Shown: piece after piece, positions 26,597 through 36,300 of the stretch
Layout of the letters: each line of letters opens with the position of its first letter
Numbering within the stretch: position 1 is the first letter of the stretch
From: a virus
DNA length: 64,000 nucleotides
Virus record (IMG/VR): IMGVR_UViG_3300041409_000267
Location: 3,750 to 67,749 of that record
Reading direction: 5' to 3' (one strand)
Made by a program: the position numbers and the translations under genes
Notes under the pieces: generated by a model
Told to the model about the DNA's origin: nothing
What the model saw: only the letters and a program-made list of their open reading frames with translations
Database searches by the model: none

Positions 26597-29239
26597 TTGG
26601 CGAACTTCACCGGCTTTACTGCCCACCCAATCGAGCGCTTCACTTCATTGCAGGAGCAAGATTCTGCCGACAACCTGCCTCTTGGAGTTGCCGCTGTAGC
26701 GCGTAATGTCACCTATCACATGACAGGTGTGCGCACGCGCTGGGGGATCGGGCAGACGCTGGGGAATGTGGCCGTGGGATTCAACACGTTGAAGAATTTC
26801 CCGGTCACCGGGCTCTACTCGTTCAAGTACAACGGCAACGGAGTCACCGTCGACAAGCAAGTTCCATTGGTCTACGACCAGCAGGGCAACATGTTCATTG
26901 AAAGTCCTGCTGGTTCGGGAACCCTTGTTCCGGTGGCTCCAGCCAAAAATTCTGACGGTAACAACCTGGTCTCGCTTCCAGCGGGCTACCTGCAAGCCTC
27001 GCAGACGCTTAACCGGGCCTACCTTGCATTCACCGATCTCACAAAGTCTCTCGGCGGGCCAGCAGTTTACGACCTGCTCACCGGCATACTCGATCCGGCC
27101 AGCATGAAGCTGTTCGGTTTCAAGTGGACAGCAGCAACTGCTGTTTCGGTCGGTGAAATAGTTACACCATCACCAGTTGCTGGAAACAGTCATTCATACC
27201 GCTGTACCACGGCAGGAATTACCGGCGCGGTTGAACCGATCTGGCCGCTGACCGATTCGAGCACCATCGCTGACGGTACTGCAGTCTGGACCGAGTACAC
27301 ACCGGTCATGGCGCAAAGCCTGCAAGGTTTGCTTACGGCAGCGCCAGTGGTCACGCGTAATGCCGCTGCGGGAACTTTTGCGGCCGGTCGCGACGTATAT
27401 ATCGTTATCACCTTCATCAACGGCAACGGTGAAACGGTACCTGGCCCAGCATTTATTTTTACCAATACCACTCTTAACGACCAGTTCGTTGTGACCTCCC
27501 CAACGCTTGCCTTATGGGCGCAAGGGCTGACCGGAGCGAATGCGGTTCTGGGGTATCGCGTCTATGAGGCCGATGTCGCTACTGGAGGCGCAGCGCCGCT
27601 TATTTCCGCATACAAGGCTTTTGGCTCGACTAACGCGTTCGGTGTTCCACTTTCTGTCGGCACCACTGCTCTTGGAATTGCACCGCCAGTTGCCGACCTT
27701 TCCCTTATTGTTCCAGCAGGAAACATCTGCGCGGGCCAGCGCTATGCCGTGGTGCTTTTCGTCAACCGCAACGGCTACATCTCCGGCATGACGCAGGCCG
27801 CAGTCATTGGCTTCAACGTCCCGGCCAACGGCTCACAGCTTTACATGGCGAATATCGCCAAGGGGCCAGCGAACACTGCGCAGCGCATTGTCGCTTTCGG
27901 TATTGCCGGTGGAACCTCAGTCGGGCCATTCGCCTACATTCCGACGACCGATTCAGTCAACGGTATTCAGATGACCTCGACCGTCATCAACGACAACACG
28001 ACGACCTCGGCGACCTTCAATTTCACAGACATCTATCTGACGTTGCAGATGGCCACGACCACCAACGTGACCGGCTTCTTTGACAAGATTCAGATTCCCA
28101 ACTGTGTCGGCTGCTACTTCTCTCCGACATTGAACCGGATGATCTGGTTCCCTGATGCGCTGCCATCTGGCTTCTACATCTCGCCGGTACGTGATCCCGA
28201 GACCATCTTCGGCTCAACCGGCACTCTACAAATCTCCGAGAACGACCGCGAGAAACGTATGGGCTGGGTGGACTTTAAGGCCGTCCAGTACGCGCTCAAA
28301 GAAAAGTCCGGGCATGAAGTCACCGTAAGCTCGACCAACCCGTCACAGTGGACATCGCGCCGCCGGTGGACCGGCATGGGCCCGTGTGGACCACGCGCTT
28401 ACGACGTTGGGCCTGATTTCCTTGCCTTCGCGCACCGTTCAGGAGCCTATGTATTTCGCGGTGACACGCCGCAGTGGGTATCAAAAGATATTCCGCTGAC
28501 GTGGAAAAGAATCAACTGGGCCGCTGCTTCTACCGTTTGGGTAACGATTGACGACGAAACCAAAGAAGTAAGATTCGGCGTCCCGCTCGACCAGGCCACG
28601 GTACCAAGCCACATCCTAAAGCTGAATTACGAAGAATCTTTGGAGATGGACCCGCCCGTTCATTCCTCGATCTATAGCCGTGGCAAGTTCGTGTCCTCAG
28701 CCGGAGCGCGCAAATGGTCAATCGACACCATCGCGGCAAATAGCTCGATACGCGCCGAGCGCACGCTTCTGAATATCACATCAGACTTTGACCAGCAGAC
28801 CGGACAGTCACAAGTTCTATTCGCTTCGTCCAATGCCGATGGCGCGGTTAGCGGCGTGATGCCGGGAATTCTAGCCGACATGACGCCGACGGTCAGCGTA
28901 GGAATCGATTCTGTTTATGAAACCGTACCGCTAGGGGAACTGCTGAAAATCATGCAACTCGGTGGCGTGCAGGTGAACTCCGGCGGCTCCGGCGCAATCG
29001 GTGTGACCGTGCTCTCACAGAACAACAAAGCCACTGCCGACGGCGGCGTCAACACGCTATCTACCGAGAAAATATTGAAAGACCTGATCGCGCCGAACAT
29101 CGGTTACGTGGCACAGGCATCAGGACAGGCCGAACGTTATCGTATCCGGTTCTCGAATAGGGCTGTGCCGGGAGCAGGTTTTGATTTGAAGCTTGCCGTG
29201 ATCTGGGCGCGGCCGCTATTCCAGTCGAGAACAAAGTGA
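26597..29239 (+). CDS. Tail nozzle/stabilisation protein with CBM-like and FN3-like insertions
   Basis: 880 aa beta-rich protein; WTAATAVSVGEIV...YRCTTAGITGAVEPIWP...DGTAVW module. Confidence 0.65.
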   Translation: MANFTGFTAHPIERFTSLQEQDSADNLPLGVAAVARNVTYHMTGVRTRWGIGQTLGNVAVGFNTLKNFPVTGLYSFKYNGNGVTVDKQVPLVYDQQGNMFIESPAGSGTLVPVAPAKNSDGNNLVSLPAGYLQASQTLNRAYLAFTDLTKSLGGPAVYDLLTGILDPASMKLFGFKWTAATAVSVGEIVTPSPVAGNSHSYRCTTAGITGAVEPIWPLTDSSTIADGTAVWTEYTPVMAQSLQGLLTAAPVVTRNAAAGTFAAGRDVYIVITFINGNGETVPGPAFIFTNTTLNDQFVVTSPTLALWAQGLTGANAVLGYRVYEADVATGGAAPLISAYKAFGSTNAFGVPLSVGTTALGIAPPVADLSLIVPAGNICAGQRYAVVLFVNRNGYISGMTQAAVIGFNVPANGSQLYMANIAKGPANTAQRIVAFGIAGGTSVGPFAYIPTTDSVNGIQMTSTVINDNTTTSATFNFTDIYLTLQMATTTNVTGFFDKIQIPNCVGCYFSPTLNRMIWFPDALPSGFYISPVRDPETIFGSTGTLQISENDREKRMGWVDFKAVQYALKEKSGHEVTVSSTNPSQWTSRRRWTGMGPCGPRAYDVGPDFLAFAHRSGAYVFRGDTPQWVSKDIPLTWKRINWAAASTVWVTIDDETKEVRFGVPLDQATVPSHILKLNYEESLEMDPPVHSSIYSRGKFVSSAGARKWSIDTIAANSSIRAERTLLNITSDFDQQTGQSQVLFASSNADGAVSGVMPGILADMTPTVSVGIDSVYETVPLGELLKIMQLGGVQVNSGGSGAIGVTVLSQNNKATADGGVNTLSTEKILKDLIAPNIGYVAQASGQAERYRIRFSNRAVPGAGFDLKLAVIWARPLFQSRTK

Positions 29240-30174
29240 GCACCTTTCACGATCTGGTAAACCAGTTACCGCATGATTCGCCTGACGTTTTCAGGCGCCT
29301 GCTGACAGAACTGGGCGGGATCGACGACAAGCTGAGGCGCGGATTGCCATGGCTCGGCGATGGTTTTGTGGACATGCCGCTGACCACGGCACCGACCAAT
29401 CCAGTTACCCCGCCGGCCAGCACGTTCACGGTGCTTGGACTCGACGGCAAGTTTCAGATTACCGTCACGCTGCCGCAGAACACCCAGGCGCCGAGCGTGG
29501 CCATGCGTCGGCAGCTGATTGTTCAAGACCAGAACTCGCTTCTGGCCCCGATGGTTCATCAGTTGCAGTCTGCGACCAGCGTAAAATTTGACGCGACCAG
29601 CGCGACCACGACTTACGACTTAGGCGCAGCTCTCGCAAAAGAGATTCAAGATCCAAACCAGACTAAATTCTGGCGGCTGCGCAGCTCGTTCGATGGACAG
29701 GCGTGGAATCCATGGCAGATTTTTATTTCTGCCGCGGTCTGCGGGCCGGTAGCAGTTCAATCCGGCTTTGAGCGTTCAACCTCGGTCGCTCCGCGGTCAG
29801 TTCTTAATACCAACAATGCGACGGCTGATTCAGTCGATGCCGGCGCGAATGCGACAATCCGCGTTTATGGGTCCGGTGGTGTCGGAAGCTCGTACACGCG
29901 GTTCGACGGCCAGGGAAACCAGATCACAACGGCTGGTGCCTCAATTCTCGGGGCGGCCTACTCCACGCAGTACGCGATCGTTTTGAATCAACTGCTGGTG
30001 CATTTGGCGTTTCCAACCGTCACCCAGTATTTGCAGACCATCGCTGATGCCTTCTTCTATATTGCAACCGTCGGAACGGTGGCAGCGGGCGGTGCTGGTG
30101 GCCTACCGGGAGGCGGCGGAACTGGCGGCGGCGGGACTCCAGGCACAGGCCCAAGAAAGCTACCTCAACTCTAA
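29236..30174 (+). CDS. Tail-associated protein
   Basis: GTGA overlap; Gly-rich C-terminus. Confidence 0.65.
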   Translation: MSTFHDLVNQLPHDSPDVFRRLLTELGGIDDKLRRGLPWLGDGFVDMPLTTAPTNPVTPPASTFTVLGLDGKFQITVTLPQNTQAPSVAMRRQLIVQDQNSLLAPMVHQLQSATSVKFDATSATTTYDLGAALAKEIQDPNQTKFWRLRSSFDGQAWNPWQIFISAAVCGPVAVQSGFERSTSVAPRSVLNTNNATADSVDAGANATIRVYGSGGVGSSYTRFDGQGNQITTAGASILGAAYSTQYAIVLNQLLVHLAFPTVTQYLQTIADAFFYIATVGTVAAGGAGGLPGGGGTGGGGTPGTGPRKLPQL

Positions 30175-30181
30175 AAACATT

Positions 30182-30544
30182 ATGGCAGTCAAACAGACAG
30201 AAACATTGATTCCGGAAGCTCACTCGAAGCTGGTCGTATTCTGCGACCACTTCGGCCATAAGCACAAAGTCGTCGTACCGACGCATATTGCCACCGAAGA
30301 CCCGCTACGTCTTTTTCCCGTTGGGCCGGTGGAGATTCAGTCCTTCGATGCTCAGCTTGAAAACATCGCGCAGATGATGAGTGACCGCGAACAGGCGTTT
30401 CTTGATCACTGCCTTGACCATCCGGAGCACTGCCAGCATCCGCTGGTGCTCTCACATCCCGACCATCCGACCAATAAGAAGACGGAACCGAACTTCGACG
30501 CCTTCGAAAAAGACGTTCAAAAGGACTGCGACAACTGTGGCTGA
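30182..30544 (+). CDS. His/Cys-rich hypothetical protein
   Basis: DHCLDHPEHCQHPLVLSHPDHP...CDNC. Confidence 0.6.
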   Translation: MAVKQTETLIPEAHSKLVVFCDHFGHKHKVVVPTHIATEDPLRLFPVGPVEIQSFDAQLENIAQMMSDREQAFLDHCLDHPEHCQHPLVLSHPDHPTNKKTEPNFDAFEKDVQKDCDNCG

Positions 30545-30938
30545 AGTAACGATCCGGCAAGCGACTCCTGAAGACTGGCCGGGAATCCTGAAGTGTCACG
30601 CCCAGGTTGAGCAAAAGGTCGGCATGAAGATGGACCTGCCGGAGTTGGACGATCCGGCGATTCTGGTCTTTGAAGTTGCCGAGTGCGACGGCGAAATTAC
30701 GAATTTTCAATACCAAGAAAAAGCCATTGAGTACTGCATGGGAGGAACCGACCCGCGCGGTACGGCCGCATTCAAAGCGCGCGTCCCAGAACTCTTTCGC
30801 GGTGCGAAGCATGTCGGCATTCGTTTCATCCACTGTGCCGTTCCGGTGAAGTGCGAAGCAGTAGAAAAGCATTTAGAAGACGTGGGCTTTTATTCCACCG
30901 CCGAATCACTCAGATATTTCAAACTCGATCTCCGTTAG
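30537..30938 (+). CDS. GNAT-fold protein
   Basis: VTIRQATPEDWPGI...LEDVGFY; position before ejection genes, as in many podoviruses. Confidence 0.65.
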   Translation: MAEVTIRQATPEDWPGILKCHAQVEQKVGMKMDLPELDDPAILVFEVAECDGEITNFQYQEKAIEYCMGGTDPRGTAAFKARVPELFRGAKHVGIRFIHCAVPVKCEAVEKHLEDVGFYSTAESLRYFKLDLR

Positions 30939-30950
30939 GAACCCAAACAT

Positions 30951-31529
30951 ATGTCCCGTGGTGATTCTAAAAAAGTGGTCAACGCTGGTCTGGCTAACAG
31001 CGCGACCGACCAAGCAAATGCCAGCAGCGCGTTCGCCGGTACAAACAAGGCCGTCGGCGACTACTCGAACCGCCTCAATACTTTCATCAATGCCAATCCT
31101 TATAAAGCTGGCGGTGAGTTCGCGCAGGATCAGTCCCAGATTGCAGCGTCGGCGGCCGATACCAGTTCAAGCGCGATTAAGGACAAACTGGCACGCGATG
31201 CGCAGACTTCTGGCGAGAATACCGGCGGCTATGCGAACAACGTGGCCGAAGCGCAGCGGCAAGCTACCCGCGACCAAGCCACACACATGGCTGGCGCGGA
31301 CGCTACGCGCATTAGCGCAAAGAGCGCGTACGACAAGGCCGGACTCGATGCCAGCGCACTACCAGCAGACCTGCAAGCGCGGCTCTACGGTACATCGATA
31401 CAGGGTAGAAACGGCGCGCTCGGAACTGCGGGTGACTCGGCAAAACAGCCCAGCTTCCTGGATAGCTTGATGCCAGCTCTCATCGGCGCCGGAGCGCAGG
31501 TCGGAGCGGGATTCACCCCACACGGATAA
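30951..31529 (+). CDS. Internal virion/ejection protein
   Basis: Ala/Gln/Ser-rich helical protein with hydrophobic Gly-rich C-terminus. Confidence 0.7.
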   Translation: MSRGDSKKVVNAGLANSATDQANASSAFAGTNKAVGDYSNRLNTFINANPYKAGGEFAQDQSQIAASAADTSSSAIKDKLARDAQTSGENTGGYANNVAEAQRQATRDQATHMAGADATRISAKSAYDKAGLDASALPADLQARLYGTSIQGRNGALGTAGDSAKQPSFLDSLMPALIGAGAQVGAGFTPHG

Positions 31530-31532
31530 CCC

Positions 31533-33209
31533 ATGCCAGAAACCGAAGATTACACCTCCTCAGATCAACCCATGACTCTCGGCCAGCGTCTGTTGCGCAC
31601 CCGTGGCGCAGCCGCGCTCGAAGACGATCCCACCGGCGAACCATCGGCCGGAGCCACGCCCAACACCAAGGAACCGCACCAGAATACCGGCGCGGCGGCT
31701 CAGGGAGACTCAGTAGCACAGTCACCGTCCGGTAAGCCTTCCATTGGTCGGCGCATGCTCATGGGATCATCCCAGCCGACGGACGGAATCACAGCCCATA
31801 ATTATGATGGTTCGCCGGCAGATATGGCGACCTTTACCGGCACAGATCCCAAGGGGCGCCCAGCGATGAGCATCGCAGCTTCTGCCCCGGCAACTTCCAC
31901 TTCAGTCCCAGCCCCAGCGACTGCCCCGACCATCGGCCAACGTCTGGCCAATTTCAAAGCGCCGCCTGTTGCGCCAAAGATGAATCCGGACCAGGCTGCA
32001 GTGCAGCAGGACCTCCGCGAGCACTCGCAAGTCACACCGAAGACCGACCCGGCCACCGGTAAGACGCTGGATCAGTACAAAATGGGCTTCGGCCAGCGGC
32101 TTCTAGGTTCACTGGTGAATTTCGGCAACGGCTTCGCGCGCACTGGCGCAGATCCTATCCACGTCGGCCCCGGAGCCACCAACCGCCGGTACTCAGTCGA
32201 CGAGACGAACCGCCAACAGAGAGTGGCGGGCGATCAGTCGAAAATCAAGTCCATGGACGACGAATACAATCAGGCCGAAAAGGGCTACGGCCACGAACTG
32301 ACCAGCTATAACGACGAGGCACGGGCGGCAGGAAAGGCCGACTCAGAAGATCGCCTCAGAGACTACGAAAACAAGCTGACTACAGAGCGCACCGCCCACA
32401 ACACAGCGGAGGAAAATCTTCGCGGTGAGAACAACGACCTCAAGGCCCAGCCCAAAACCTATGAGCAATATGTCGGCGCAATGGAAGCCGAGAAGGATCC
32501 AGGCAAAAAGGCCGTCCTGCAGCGGGTAGTCGATCGCCTCGAAAAACAGAAGACCGCCGGTAAGGGACCGAAACTCTCAGCCAAAGACCAGCTGAAACTC
32601 GATGCCTACATGCAGGACAACAAGATCGAGGACGTTGGCGATATGACCAATGCTGACATCAAAAAGGCGCTGGCGGCCAGCGAAGGACCGAATCACACGA
32701 AAGATCGCCAGAGCTTCGAAGACCACTGGAGTAAGCGGTATCAGGATGTGGAGAAGCGGTACGATTCCCAGCGCCAGGCCGTCCTGAAGACCTTCGGAGC
32801 CGACAAAGACCCGAAGGCATTTGAAAATAATAAGGCCGACATCCAGTCCAAGTTCGCTGATATTGAAGCCAAGCGGGAAGCGGACAAGGGCGCGCTGCAG
32901 ACCGAGAAAGACAAAGAAGCCGAGCAGTATCAGGTTTACGGGAAGCCACCCAAGCAACAGACAGCAACTCCATCCGCTCCTGCCGACGGTCCAGAAGCCG
33001 TACCCGCGTCGAACGATTCTGACGGTCAGCCTCTGGCGGCAATTCCAGCCCCGATAGCCTCGGTTCGTACCGGCGCACCGCAGCAGAAGCCATCTCCGGC
33101 GACACCGGCCGACAGCGTGCGGGTACAAAAACCAGACGGCAGTATTGGCACAATCCCGAAAGCCAACGTGCAACGGGCTCAAGCGAAGGGCTGGAAGGTT
33201 CTTCAGTAA
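31533..33209 (+). CDS. Internal virion/ejection protein
   Basis: Low-complexity and coiled-coil; repeated IGQRL-like motif; C-terminal VRVQKPDGSIGTIP...AQAKGWKVL mini-domain. Confidence 0.7.
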   Translation: MPETEDYTSSDQPMTLGQRLLRTRGAAALEDDPTGEPSAGATPNTKEPHQNTGAAAQGDSVAQSPSGKPSIGRRMLMGSSQPTDGITAHNYDGSPADMATFTGTDPKGRPAMSIAASAPATSTSVPAPATAPTIGQRLANFKAPPVAPKMNPDQAAVQQDLREHSQVTPKTDPATGKTLDQYKMGFGQRLLGSLVNFGNGFARTGADPIHVGPGATNRRYSVDETNRQQRVAGDQSKIKSMDDEYNQAEKGYGHELTSYNDEARAAGKADSEDRLRDYENKLTTERTAHNTAEENLRGENNDLKAQPKTYEQYVGAMEAEKDPGKKAVLQRVVDRLEKQKTAGKGPKLSAKDQLKLDAYMQDNKIEDVGDMTNADIKKALAASEGPNHTKDRQSFEDHWSKRYQDVEKRYDSQRQAVLKTFGADKDPKAFENNKADIQSKFADIEAKREADKGALQTEKDKEAEQYQVYGKPPKQQTATPSAPADGPEAVPASNDSDGQPLAAIPAPIASVRTGAPQQKPSPATPADSVRVQKPDGSIGTIPKANVQRAQAKGWKVLQ

Positions 33210-33377
33210 ATGACACCTACAGAAAACGATGATCTTGGATTCGTTCCAGATCAAACCACGGCCGCGTCGAAGTCCATAACAAAAAAGCAAATCCACGCAC
33301 TCGCTGACAAACACGGCGTGAAGCACGCTGAGGCCGAAAAGCAGTTCGCCGACAAGGGTTACACGATCAACCCATAA
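33210..33377 (+). CDS. 55-aa putative adaptor protein (not in the ORF track)
   Basis: MTPTENDDLGFVPDQTTAASKSITKKQIHALADKHGVKHAEAEKQFADKGYTINP; exactly fills the gap, TAA-ATG on both sides. Confidence 0.75.
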   Translation: MTPTENDDLGFVPDQTTAASKSITKKQIHALADKHGVKHAEAEKQFADKGYTINP

Positions 33378-36300
33378 ATGCCTCCAGTCATCGACGACAC
33401 AAAGAAAAACGCCGCAGAAGACGACCTTGGGTTTGTTGCCGAGAGTGACGACTTAGGATTCGTTGCTGACAAGCAAGCGCAGGCACCGGCAGCCGATTCG
33501 CGTCCCGACTTCACCCAGGAAGCGCTTTCCGGAAAGCTGGCGCAACCCGCCGGTAAGCCGACGAAGCTACCAGCCGAGCAGCCAGCCCCAGCCGCAGCGA
33601 TCCCCCGCGGGCGCGGCGACGTGTCCCAAGCAAAAGACGGCTACTTCCCGCCCACCGACATACCGATTCAGGGTGTAAAGGACATCGCCGAAGGGTATCA
33701 GGGGTTCTCTGGTTTGCCGGTTCCTCTCAAGGCCATGCCAGCAGCTCGCGGCCAGATGCCCAGGCCTGTACAGCCTCAGGCCCAGGTATCACCCGAAGAT
33801 CAGGAAGTCCTTACCCAGCAGGAAAACCAGCGCGCAGCATCCGCAGCCAAGATGATTCAGGGCGCCGGGGAGGTCGGTACCGTAGCCCTGCCCGGTTCGA
33901 TAGCAGCCGCCCCACTTTCCACGGTGGCTTCCATTGGCGCCGGAGTTCTGTCCAGTAAAGCCGCCGGGAAAGCAGTTCACGGTAAAGTCTCACCGGAAGC
34001 CGAAGACCTGGTTCGTGCTACCGCATTCTTTATTCCATCGGTGCTCGGTACGGCCGCAGGCGTTAAAGGCGCCAGCATGGAAACGCCGAAGGGTAAGTTC
34101 TCTGCTGTAGAAGCGCTCGGTGGCAAGGTCCGCGCCGGTATCGCGCGCACACCTGACGTCACCTCGGGCCGCGTCAAGATCGGCGACACCCAGTTTGAAG
34201 TAAACATCCCCCGGGGTGGCAAGCCAGCCCCGCCGCCAGCCCTCGACGAAGCCACAGCCGCCATGGTCCAGTACGAGCAGGGCGCCGGGAACATCCCGAA
34301 ACCTCCCACGCCGGTTCCCCCAGGCCAGCAATTCGGCAACAAGCTGTCCGGTGATCAGATTGACCATCTGGCCCAGACCATCGCCAAAGCACCGCCAGAC
34401 CAGCAGAACGCTTTAATTGAAGAGGCACACGGTCGGATGGTTTCGTGGATCAATGACAACAATGGCCGTGTTTTCATTGACGGCAAGGTGGTTTTATCTA
34501 AGTCGCCCGATCAGACAGAAGCCCTGGCAGCCAAGATCATCAATGACGCTTCCTCGGCACACGATAAGAACCAGATCGATTTAGCCAAAGCTAACGACAA
34601 AGCCGTCACCGCAGCCGCAAAGGAAAAAGAGAAACAGAGTACCGCGCAGACCGCCCGGCCAGCTTCGCCCGCGCCTGCCCCTAAGCCTGTCGCAGCCCCG
34701 GCCAAGATTGACTCTACCTCGAAAACTGAAGCGCCACAGAGCCAGCCAGCAGCCGAGAAACCGGTTGTGCAAAAGGTTGAGGAAAAGCCCGCCCACGAGT
34801 TCGCCTCGACTCAGGTAAACATCGATCCCAAGAGTGAACTCGGTCAACAACACGCGCAAGCAGTAGTGGCTATTCCGGATGAGCATATTGGGCCGAACGG
34901 GAAAGAAGATACACCGCACGTCACGGTGCGCTACGGACTCAAGGATGATAGTCCGGAAGCCATCGCCAAGATAAAAGAAGCGGCTTCAAAGATCGCGCCG
35001 TTTGAGGCCACGGTCGGCAAGACCAGTTCGTTCCCGGCGACCAAAGAAGGCGACAGTCCGATCATTGCCCGGGTTGAGAAATCACCCGAACTTAACGCCT
35101 TACGTTCAGCCGTTGAGGGTGCTGGGAACTTTAAGGAAGACACTCACGGCGAGTACAAGCCGCACGTCACCCTGGGCTATGTGAAGCCGGAGCATGTCGC
35201 GAAGTACGAAGGCGGCAACCATCTGGAAGGCGGCAAGGTCCCGGTTGACCACATCGTCGTTTCAAAACGAGACGGCACCAGTGAAACTATAAAACTCGGC
35301 GGCAAGCCGGTTCCTGACCTTGTAGCGCAGCACGAAGCCACCCCGGACTTAGTAGCCGAACACGAAGCGCAGCCGGAGCGCCGCCGCGACGCGGAGACTC
35401 GCAAGCGCCTCGAACAGATGTCCCCAGAAGAGAAGGATGCCGAGATTGCGTCCCTACGCGCAGAGCGCACCACGGCCAAACTCGATAACAGCGACGGTAC
35501 TTTTACGAAGCTGCCAATTCCCAGCGCGGTAGCTTTCCACGAAGCCCCTCCATCTAAAGCCGTGGGCATGTCCGACGCCGATGGCCTGAAAGCGGTCAAC
35601 GACAAATACGGGTATAAGGCCGGAAATGCTCTTCTACTTGCCAAAGCCGAAGCGCTCAAGGAAGCCGGGCTCGATGCCTACCACCAAAAAGGCGATGAGT
35701 TCCTTGGGCGCGGCGACTCAACCGAAGACGTAAAAGCCAAGTTCGAGAAGGCCCGCGATATACTTCGCAACCGAGAATTCACCGTAACCGATGCCGATGG
35801 CAAACAGGTTACGATGAGGGGAGTAGATTTTAGTTATGGAACAGGAAAAGACCTCGCAGAAGCCCAAGCCGGACTCCATGTCCACAAAGCCGAACGCAAA
35901 GCAGCCGGAGCCGGAGCCCGCGGTGAGTTTGGAAGAATTAGTGAAACTGGATCTCAAACAGCCGATCACGGTGGAACCGAAGAAGTAACTCACGCGCTGC
36001 CTGAAGGTATCCCGGCCAAAGGACAGGCTGGCCGCGTCCCGGTAAAAAGCCTTACCCTGGCGCCGAAAGAATTCCAGTACAAACTCAACACCAACGAGCA
36101 CGGTGTCACCAACCTGCTCTCAGGCCAGAAGTGGAACGACAGTCTGGCCGGCGTAGTCTCGGTCTGGCACAACCCAGCCAACGGCAAAACCTACGTGGTA
36201 AACGGTCACCACCGGGTTCAACTGGCAAAACAGAATGGCCAGAAAGACCTGCTGGCCCAACATCTGAATGTAAATTCCGCCAGCGAAGCGCGCGCAATGG

